Of a DNA stretch of 40,963 bases, positions 9,349-16,574 are shown one piece after another. Source of the stretch: Candidatus Limnocylindrales bacterium (GTDB lineage: Bacteria > Chloroflexota > Limnocylindria > Limnocylindrales > CSP1-4); the NCBI GenBank assembly GCA_035703005.1, contig DASSZA010000247.1:1-40963 (forward strand). Reading direction: 5' to 3'. Under the pieces are notes generated by a model. That model saw only the letters and a program-made list of their open reading frames with translations, did no database searches and was not told where the DNA came from. Each line of letters starts with the position of its first letter. The stretch's first letter is position 1. A program made the translations under genes and the position numbers.

Positions 9349-10136
9349 TGCGCCGGTCGATCGTCTGGACCGTCCTGCAGCGCGAGTGGTTCGAGACCGT
9401 CCGGAACCGGCTCCTGATGTCGACGATCCTCATCCCGCCGATCCTGCTGACGGTCGCGCCGATCCTGCTGTCGGCGGCCGTCGGAGCGAGCTCGTTGCCA
9501 CCTGAGCTCGAACAGCAGGTCCTCGCGCAGCGGCCCGAATGGGCGAGCTTCACGCCCGGCGAGCTGGCGGGGGCGTTCGCGGTCCAGCAGTTCCTCGTGT
9601 TCTTCCTGTTGATGCCTGCGTACATCCCGTTGTCGATCGCGACGTTCTCGATCATCGGCGAGAAGCAGGCACGTTCCCTCGAGCCCGTCCTGGCGTCACC
9701 GATCCGGACCCAGGAACTGCTCGCGGGCAAGGCGGTCGCGGCGCTCGTCCCGGGCGTGCTCGCGGGTTGGGTGACCTACGCCATCTTCGTCGTGCTGGCC
9801 TCGCTCACCTACGGACCAGCGCTCTTCGGCGTCGTCACCGACCCGTCGTGGCTGGCGGGTGTGTTCCTGCTCGGGCCGGCCGTCGGGCTGTCGTCCGTCG
9901 TCGCCGGCGTCATCGTGAGTGCACGAGTCAACGATCCGCGGGTCGCCCAGCAGATCGGCGGCGTCGTGATCGTGCCGGTCATCGCGCTGGTGCTGCTCCA
10001 GGCGACCGGCACGCTGCTGGTGGGGGCGGTCGGCTACACGCTGCTGGCGATCATCGTGCTCATCGTCTCGATCGTCGGCCTGCGGGTCGGCGTTCGGCTG
10101 TTCGATCGAGAGGCGATCCTGACCCGCTGGCGGTGA
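9348..10136 (+). CDS. ABC-2 type transporter permease
   Basis: TGATG 1-nt overlap with the upstream ATPase. About 6 hydrophobic segments. Confidence 0.8.
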   Translation: MRRSIVWTVLQREWFETVRNRLLMSTILIPPILLTVAPILLSAAVGASSLPPELEQQVLAQRPEWASFTPGELAGAFAVQQFLVFFLLMPAYIPLSIATFSIIGEKQARSLEPVLASPIRTQELLAGKAVAALVPGVLAGWVTYAIFVVLASLTYGPALFGVVTDPSWLAGVFLLGPAVGLSSVVAGVIVSARVNDPRVAQQIGGVVIVPVIALVLLQATGTLLVGAVGYTLLAIIVLIVSIVGLRVGVRLFDREAILTRWR

Positions 10137-10204
10137 GCGCGGACTGACGCAACCGCTGGGCGGTCAGGCGGGTTCTGGTGCTTGTGGGTCGACGACCTGG
10201 GAAC

Positions 10205-10237
10205 TTGACATATTTCGGTAGGCCAAGGCGCTAGGAT
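10205..10237 (+). promoter_or_regulatory. Candidate promoter: TTGACA ... TAGGAT, with the -10 box 6 nt before ATG 10244 (leaderless-type)
   Basis: TTGACA at 10205-10210 and TAGGAT at 10232-10237. The 21-nt spacer is longer than canonical, so the -35 assignment is weak. Confidence 0.4.
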
Positions 10238-10243
10238 GACCCG

Positions 10244-11170
10244 ATGACGACGCCCGCGACCCGAGCCGAGTGGCTTACCTTCCTCGGCCTCGGGTTCATG
10301 TGGGGGTCCTCCTACCTCTTCATCAAGCTGGCGGTCGATTCCTTCGGCACGTTCACCTTGATCGCGCTGCGACTGCTCATCGGCGCCGCGTTCCTGTGGA
10401 CCGTCCTGCGCATCTCCCGAACACCGCTACCACGCGACCGCCGCGCGTACGGCCACCTGTTCGTGATGGCGATCGTCAACATCACGATCCCCTTCGCGTT
10501 GATCACGTGGGCGGAGCAGTCGGTCGATAGCGCGCTCGCGGCCATCCTCAACTCGACCGTGCCGCTGTTCGTGCTCGTCATCGCGCCGGCGTTCCTCCCC
10601 GACGAGCCGATCCGCGTCAACGGCCTGGTCGGGCTGGCTGTCGGGTTCATCGGCGTGGTGCTGATCGTGTCGCCCGGGCTGGTCGGGACCGCAGGCACCA
10701 TCCCCGGGATGATCGCGCTGCTCGGCGCATCGATCTCGTACGCCTTGGGCAACGTCTACGCGCGGCGCAACGTGCGCGGCCTCGCGCCGATGATCCCCGC
10801 CGTGTTCCAGGTCACGTTCGCGCTCCTCATCGTGGGCACGCTCGCCCTCGTCGTCGAGCGGCCCTGGGAGACGGCAACGCCCGACGCGCAGGCGTGGTTC
10901 TCGGTGATCTGGCTCGGCATCCTCGGGTCGGGGATGGCGTACCTCGCGTACTTCCGGCTGCTCTCGCGATGGGGCGCCACGCGGACCGCACTCGTCGCCT
11001 ACCTGCTGCCGATCGTCGGCATCGCGCTCGGCGCGGTCGTGCTCCAGGAACCGATCGGACCGTCACTCATCGCCGGGACCGCGCTCGTGACGGCGGGCGT
11101 CGCGCTGGTCAACGGTCGATGGGGCCGGCGGCGGCTCTTCGCGGAGGTTCCGCCTGTGGAGCCGGTGTAG
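10244..11170 (+). CDS. EamA/DMT-family transporter
   Basis: Ten hydrophobic segments in two EamA-like halves (FLGLGFMWGSSYLFIKL..., WLGILGSGMAYLAYFRLL). Confidence 0.85.
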   Translation: MTTPATRAEWLTFLGLGFMWGSSYLFIKLAVDSFGTFTLIALRLLIGAAFLWTVLRISRTPLPRDRRAYGHLFVMAIVNITIPFALITWAEQSVDSALAAILNSTVPLFVLVIAPAFLPDEPIRVNGLVGLAVGFIGVVLIVSPGLVGTAGTIPGMIALLGASISYALGNVYARRNVRGLAPMIPAVFQVTFALLIVGTLALVVERPWETATPDAQAWFSVIWLGILGSGMAYLAYFRLLSRWGATRTALVAYLLPIVGIALGAVVLQEPIGPSLIAGTALVTAGVALVNGRWGRRRLFAEVPPVEPV

Positions 11171-11242
11171 CCCGGTATCGCCGCGGGCCCCGGTATCGCC
11201 GCGGGCCCCGGTATCACCGCGGGCCCCGGTATCGCCGCGGGC
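11171..11242. repeat. Tandem repeat, 4 x 18 bp (CCCGGTATCGCCGCGGGC; third copy has ATCACC)
   Basis: Read directly. It begins 1 nt after the EamA stop codon. Each unit junction creates GCCCG...CGGGC mini-palindromes. Confidence 0.95.
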
Positions 11243-11250
11243 CGACCGTC

Positions 11251-11270
11251 GAACACCCCATGTTCGAACG
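11251..11270. repeat. 20-bp direct repeat, copy A (GAACACCCCATGTTCGAACG)
   Basis: 19/20 identical to the copy at 11375-11394. Contains CGAACA/TGTTCG arms and a GTTCGAAC palindrome. Confidence 0.9.
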
Positions 11271-11374
11271 GACCGCTGGACCGCGCGTCGGTCGCCCGGT
11301 GGAACGCCCGGCGATCGAGACCGCCGGGAATTGCAGGCGGAATAACGCATTTTCACCGGTCCAGCCGCCGGTTG

Positions 11375-11394
11375 GAACACCCCACGTTCGAACG
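11375..11394. repeat. 20-bp direct repeat, copy B (GAACACCCCACGTTCGAACG)
   Basis: Contains the 12-bp perfect palindrome ACGTTCGAACGT (11384-11395). Confidence 0.9.
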
Positions 11395-11458
11395 TCAGGC
11401 GCGAGCTGCCGAGCGGCGGCGGTAGCTGCCGACGCGGCGCTGACCGCCGGCGGCCGCC

Positions 11459-12334
11459 CTAGCCGCCGACAGCGAGCAGCAAAGCGCCCGCCACGATGAG
11501 GACTGACGCACCGACGCGGCGGATGGTGTCACCGCGATCGGCCGCCTCCCCGAGCCTGACCGAGCCCCATGCGGCCGCGAACACCGCCGCGGACTCGCGG
11601 AGCGGCGCGACGCCGGACAGCGGTGCGAGGCTGAGTGCCCACAGGATCAGGAGGTAGGCGATGAGCGTGAGCCAGCCACCGATGGCGGCGTAGCGGATCT
11701 GCTCGGGGCCGCCCGCGAGGATCTCCCCACGGACGACGAAGCGAACCCACAGGACGAGGCAGATCGCAGCCGTCACCCATAGGATCGCGGCGTAGGTCAG
11801 CGGATCGATCAGGCGGGTCCCGGCACGATCGATGGCGCTGTACGTCGCGATCGCGATCCCGGTCGCGAAGGCGAACATGACCGACGGGTCGAGGCCGTGA
11901 CCACGGACCGCGCGCCAGGGTCGCTGCAGGACCAGGAAGCCGACGAGCAGGAACGCGACGCCGATCGAGCCGGCGATCCCGAGGCGTTCGCCGAAGATCC
12001 CGACACCGATGACGACCGCGAGGAGTGGCGCCGTCCCGCGGGCGATCGGGTAGACGACCGACAGGTCGCCACGTCGATACGCGGCGGAAAGCAGGACGAA
12101 GTAGACCGCCTCGACGACGCCTGACAGCACGCCGAGCGCGACGCCTTCCACGGGGAGTGTCGGCTGGCCGTCCAGCCACCACGCGACGATGCCGACGGGC
12201 ACGATCCCCACGGACGCCGCGAGCATCCCGACCGTTGCCGTGCGGAGCGGGTCACCGGCCGTCTTGAGCCGGACGTTCCACGCGACGTGTAGACCGGCAC
12301 TGACCAGGACGATCGCGATGACGAAGGGGTCCAC
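11459..12334 (-). CDS. EamA/DMT-superfamily transporter
   Basis: About 10 hydrophobic segments. GTG start at 12334. Convergent with the first EamA gene. Confidence 0.8.
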   Translation of the reverse strand: MDPFVIAIVLVSAGLHVAWNVRLKTAGDPLRTATVGMLAASVGIVPVGIVAWWLDGQPTLPVEGVALGVLSGVVEAVYFVLLSAAYRRGDLSVVYPIARGTAPLLAVVIGVGIFGERLGIAGSIGVAFLLVGFLVLQRPWRAVRGHGLDPSVMFAFATGIAIATYSAIDRAGTRLIDPLTYAAILWVTAAICLVLWVRFVVRGEILAGGPEQIRYAAIGGWLTLIAYLLILWALSLAPLSGVAPLRESAAVFAAAWGSVRLGEAADRGDTIRRVGASVLIVAGALLLAVGG

Positions 12335-12361
12335 GCCGGGACGTTAACCGGCGTGGACCCC
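12326..12361 (-). promoter_or_regulatory. Perfect 14-bp inverted repeat (GGGGTCCACGCCGG-8 nt-CCGGCGTGGACCCC) enclosing the GTG start of the gene at 11459..12334
   Basis: Arms at 12326-12339 and 12348-12361, loop GACGTTAA. The start codon (12334-12332) lies in the 3' arm on the sense strand. Confidence 0.7.
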
Positions 12362-12369
12362 GTTCGCTG

Positions 12370-12384
12370 GCCCTCGCAGAGGGC
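12370..12384 (-). terminator. Short GC hairpin GCCCTC-GCA-GAGGGC, 10 nt downstream of the ABC permease stop
   Basis: Read directly. No U-tract follows. Confidence 0.35.
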
Positions 12385-12394
12385 GTCGCTCAGT

Positions 12395-14092
12395 TCAACC
12401 GCGCAGATCGCGCCGTCGGATGCCCCACGCGCCGATCAGCACGCCGCCGACGGCCAGGACGACCGACGCCACGATCCCGACCGGATCCCACTGGCCGAGC
12501 ATCGTGAACCCGTAGTGCGACGTCAGCGCCAGCTCGTGGACGATGTCGGGCAGGTTCAGCGCCGGACCGATGACCCCGACGAACCACGTGACGATCGTGA
12601 AGATCGCTACGAACGGTCCGGCGTAGCTCGTGCCGAACACGCCGCCGACCGCGATGCCGATCCCGACGAGCGCGGCCGCGTAGAGCCCGAGCACGAGCGT
12701 CCCCGCGACCGGTGTCGCGATCTCGCTTCCGGCGATCGCCGCCCCGACGGCGATCCCGACCATCGTCATTACGGTGAAGACGACGACGCCGACGAACGCA
12801 GCGACCCCGCCGGAGGTTACCCAGCGAGTCCGCGACAGCGGCGTGGCGAGCAGGAACTCGAGCCGGCCGGAGGTCTCGTCCGAGGCCCAGACGGCAACGA
12901 GCGTGGCAGCCGCGAGCCCGGCGAGGATCATCCCGAACTCGACGAAGAGGAGCTGCAGGAAACCGCCGACCGATCGGATGTCGAAGCCTGGGAACACCTG
13001 GTTGAGGAGCGTCACGAACTCGGTCGCCTTGCCCAGCTCGTCGATGAACGACTTGCCGGAGCCGGCGATGGCCAGCCCGAACAACCCGATCCCAAGGCCC
13101 CAGGCCATCGATGACGGCAGGTTCTGGCCGATCCCTCGCCCGGTCGGGCCTTGGAGCCCGACGAGTGCGCGCGGCAGGCTCGGCGTCGGGATCGGCGACG
13201 TCGCGCCGATGTCCCGCCGTGCGAATGCCTCGACGCCGACGACGGAGAGCACGATGCCGACGACAGCCACCGGGACGAGCGTGGGCCAATCGAACTGCCC
13301 GGCGAGCGGGATGTGGTTCGACGTCCACCCGAACCAGGTCAGATTCGCAAGCGGTGCGATCGACGGGATCGCGGCCTGGTAGCCGTTGACGATGAACCCG
13401 CCGAACAGCACTGCTGCGGCCACACCAGCTGCCGACCCGCGGCCGACGAACGGCGCGAGAGCAAACGCCACCGAGCCGGCGGCGACTGAGATCAGGAACA
13501 TCCAGAGCGCGTAGCCGACTGCAGCCTCGACCGGGATCTCATCGCCCGGCAGTCCGTTGACCGACCGACCGACGATCAGCAACGCGACGAGGACCGCGAC
13601 GGCGACGATCGTCTGGCCGGTCAGGTGGGCGAACAGCTTCTCGAGCGCGATGCGCCGGCGGGCGGTGCCCGTCGCTGCCACGAACTCCATGCTCCCGCGG
13701 CGAGCTTCGGCCGCGAGCGTCGCCGACAGGGCGAGGATGGCCCAGAGACTCGTGATCTCCGGGAAGAACACGCCGTACTTGTACTGGAGGTATCCGCCAA
13801 GCGTGCCGACGTTGACGGCCTTGCCGGCGAGACCCGCGAGGATCGGTGGCACCGCGGCCACGACGGCCACGAGCTGCTGGCGCGACTCCGGGGTGTTGAA
13901 CTCTTGCACGATCGCGAAGCTGACGCCGATGAGCAGGAGGAACAACAGGGCGGAGATGACGATGACCGCTCGACGCGAGTCGCGCATCGTCTTGCCGTAG
14001 ATGCTCCCGAATCCGTAGACGCGCGACAGCAGCGACGGCCCGCTGATGGCCGGCGCGACTTGCGTCGGCCTGCGTTCGACTTCTGAGGTCAT
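12395..14092 (-). CDS. ABC-2 type transporter permease, double-length (565 aa)
   Basis: About 12 hydrophobic segments. Starts 1 nt after the stop of the upstream ATPase. Confidence 0.8.
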   Translation of the reverse strand: MTSEVERRPTQVAPAISGPSLLSRVYGFGSIYGKTMRDSRRAVIVISALLFLLLIGVSFAIVQEFNTPESRQQLVAVVAAVPPILAGLAGKAVNVGTLGGYLQYKYGVFFPEITSLWAILALSATLAAEARRGSMEFVAATGTARRRIALEKLFAHLTGQTIVAVAVLVALLIVGRSVNGLPGDEIPVEAAVGYALWMFLISVAAGSVAFALAPFVGRGSAAGVAAAVLFGGFIVNGYQAAIPSIAPLANLTWFGWTSNHIPLAGQFDWPTLVPVAVVGIVLSVVGVEAFARRDIGATSPIPTPSLPRALVGLQGPTGRGIGQNLPSSMAWGLGIGLFGLAIAGSGKSFIDELGKATEFVTLLNQVFPGFDIRSVGGFLQLLFVEFGMILAGLAAATLVAVWASDETSGRLEFLLATPLSRTRWVTSGGVAAFVGVVVFTVMTMVGIAVGAAIAGSEIATPVAGTLVLGLYAAALVGIGIAVGGVFGTSYAGPFVAIFTIVTWFVGVIGPALNLPDIVHELALTSHYGFTMLGQWDPVGIVASVVLAVGGVLIGAWGIRRRDLRG

Positions 14093-14093
14093 G

Positions 14094-14995
<902 letters not shown>

Positions 14996-14999
<4 letters not shown>

Positions 15000-15514
15000 T
15001 CCTTCCTGCCGGCCGCGCCGGCTTCCTTCCCGGCTCCGCCGGCTTCCCTGCCGGCCGCGCCGGCACGCTCGCGGAGGAAGCGGTCGATGACGGCCGGGAC
15101 CTCCCGCTCGACGAACGCGAAGACATCGCGGAGCTCCTCGATCCTCCGCTTCGACTCCGGTGGCCGATCGGCGATGGCTTCGAGTCCTCGCTCGGAAAGC
15201 GCGCGGAACTGGCTGTACATGCGGCCCGCATTCGCCAGGAACGAGTCGAGCGTCTCGGGCGGCGCGCTGAAGTACTCGCGACGATCGCCTCGTCGCGTGC
15301 TGCGCCGGATCATCCCGCTCGTCGCCAGGAGGCGAGCCGTGCCGCTGATCGCGCCGCGACTCGCGTGGAGCGCGTCGGCGATCTCGGCCGCCGTCTGCTC
15401 CTCTGGCTCGCAGATCAGCAGCCAGCCCCACATCCGTCCCGCCATCGGGGTCATCCCGTACGACGCCAGCATCTGGCCCATCTCCTCGACGAACCGGCTC
15501 TCGCCATCGGTCAT
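14996..15514 (-). CDS. GbsR/MarR-type winged-helix transcriptional regulator
   Basis: FVEEMGQMLASYGMTPMAGRMWGWLLI...AAEIADALHASRGAISGTARLLATSGMIRR resembles the GbsR family. The ATG at 15514 is preferred over the track TTG at 15550, which coincides with a -35-like TTGACT. Confidence 0.75.
14999..15064 (-). repeat. In-frame 21-bp x3 tandem repeat encoding AGAAGRE/AGGAGKE/AGAAGRKE at the regulator C-terminus
   Basis: Read directly from the DNA and from the protein tail. Confidence 0.85.
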
Positions 15515-15521
15515 GGGGGTC

Positions 15522-15550
15522 ACGCTACCCCGTTCAGAAGTTTCAGTCAA
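15522..15550 (-). promoter_or_regulatory. Candidate promoter TTGACT-17 nt-TAGCGT, 7 nt before ATG 15514 (leaderless-type)
   Basis: Minus strand reads TTGACTGAAACTTCTGAACGGGGTAGCGTGACCCCC-ATG. Confidence 0.5.
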
Positions 15551-15559
15551 TGCTGAACG
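15531..15559. promoter_or_regulatory. Inverted repeat CGTTCAG-N15-CTGAACG straddling the -35 element (candidate autoregulatory operator)
   Basis: Arms at 15531-15537 and 15553-15559. Confidence 0.35.
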
Positions 15560-15605
15560 TTCTATATTGAGCGTGCGTTGAGACCGGCGACTCAGCGGGA
15601 GGGCA

Positions 15606-15977
15606 GCATCAGACGCATCGACCGTCGCCGTCTACGTCGGACCCGCGCGTCTCGCACACCGAATCGACTTTTAGCTTCGGTCGCGTGCCCGGATCGTGCG
15701 CGTCGCGCACGGAATCGACCGAAAGCGGCGGTCGGATCGCCCCTCGGCGACCGTTGCTGCCTCTGACGCAGGTGGTCGCCTGCCTCCGTTGCATCAGGTG
15801 CAAGCAACCGTCGCAATGGCCGCCGCCGGCCGCTGATCGACGCCGGATCCCTGCAGCCGACGCACGGTTTCAGCGCGATCAGGGGCTGTGGCGCCGAGAG
15901 GTGGAGGAGATGCGGCATCCGATGCAACGATCCGGGCGCTCACGCCGGCGCCAGGGCCAAGTGCTTGCATCTGATGT
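15606..15977. repeat. Dispersed copies of a GCATC-N-GATGC-like palindrome in a 500-bp non-coding region
   Basis: GCATCAGACGC at 15606-15616, GCATCAGGTGC at 15791-15801, GCATCCGATGC at 15915-15925 (perfect), GCATCTGATGT at 15967-15977. Copies 2 and 3 also share downstream GCAA..CCG. Confidence 0.6.
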
Positions 15978-16026
15978 ATGTCGCGCTGGGGATCCCGGCT
16001 TCAGACGCAAGGCTTCAGCGGTCGCG

Positions 16027-16046
16027 CCCCGCCCCCACGCCCGCCC
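16027..16046 (-). other. Canonical G-quadruplex motif (GGG-C-GGG-CGT-GGGGG-C-GGGG) on the sense strand, 8 nt after the SRPBCC stop
   Basis: C-runs on the plus strand at 16027-30, 16032-36, 16040-42 and 16044-46. Confidence 0.6.
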
Positions 16047-16053
16047 GGGCCAG

Positions 16054-16569
16054 TCAGGCCGCTGGCGAGGTCCGCTCCGTCCGCTCCGCCCGTTCCTTGA
16101 GTGCCCGCAGGTGCGCCTCGACCCGAGCTTCCAGCGATCGTCGGCCGAGCCGGACCAGGATGTCGGTCCAGCGGTCGATAGGCTCGAACGTCGCGGCGTG
16201 GATCACCCGCGTCCCACCGGCGATGGGCTCGAGCCGCCACCACCACTCGCTCTCGAAACCGGACCCCGTGACCCGGAGTCGGAAGACCGATTCGGGGCGC
16301 GCCTCGAGGCTCTCGACACGTGCCGACTCGCGCAATAGCCCGAGACGGGTTCGCGCGGACCGCGTGGCTGCCGCGGCGGGCCACGACGGGACCGCGGGCC
16401 CGAGTCGCAGCTCCGGGAACAGCGAGGCGGACGCGGTCGGATCGTGGAGTACCGCCCACACGACCCGTGGCGGCGCCTGGACGAAGACGCGTCGCTCGAC
16501 GACCCGCTCGCCGCGCAGGTGGTCGCCCGCACGGCGATAGCCGACCTCGGGGTCCGGACGAACGGCCAT
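16054..16569 (-). CDS. SRPBCC (START/polyketide-cyclase-like) family protein
   Basis: RRVFVQAPPRVVWAVLHDPTASASLFPEL...WWWRLEPIAGGTRVIH, the typical SRPBCC pattern. Start is Met21 of the track ORF, 5 nt after the upstream stop. Confidence 0.7.
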   Translation of the reverse strand: MAVRPDPEVGYRRAGDHLRGERVVERRVFVQAPPRVVWAVLHDPTASASLFPELRLGPAVPSWPAAAATRSARTRLGLLRESARVESLEARPESVFRLRVTGSGFESEWWWRLEPIAGGTRVIHAATFEPIDRWTDILVRLGRRSLEARVEAHLRALKERAERTERTSPAA

Positions 16570-16574
16570 CGCGC

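Noticed and set aside
10205-10210. Perfect TTGACA as the -35 element of the EamA promoter
   Set aside because: The spacer to the TAGGAT box is 21 nt, outside the usual 16-19 nt. It is kept only as a weak annotation; the -10 box plus leaderless spacing is the supported part.
11171-11242. Possibility that the tandem repeat is a CRISPR array
   Set aside because: The units are 18 bp and directly abutting with no spacers. There are no cas genes in the window.
15592-15927. 111-aa minus-strand ORF and 62-64-aa ORFs inside the 15551-16053 spacer
   Set aside because: They have TTG starts and Arg-rich, low-complexity translations, and their starts coincide with the palindromic motif copies. More likely non-coding.
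16021-16053. C-rich stretch on the plus strand as a 6C-type sRNA (C-rich loops)
   Set aside because: It is only a single short C-rich tract with no pair of hairpins presenting C-loops. It is better described as the complement of a G4 motif on the operon sense strand.
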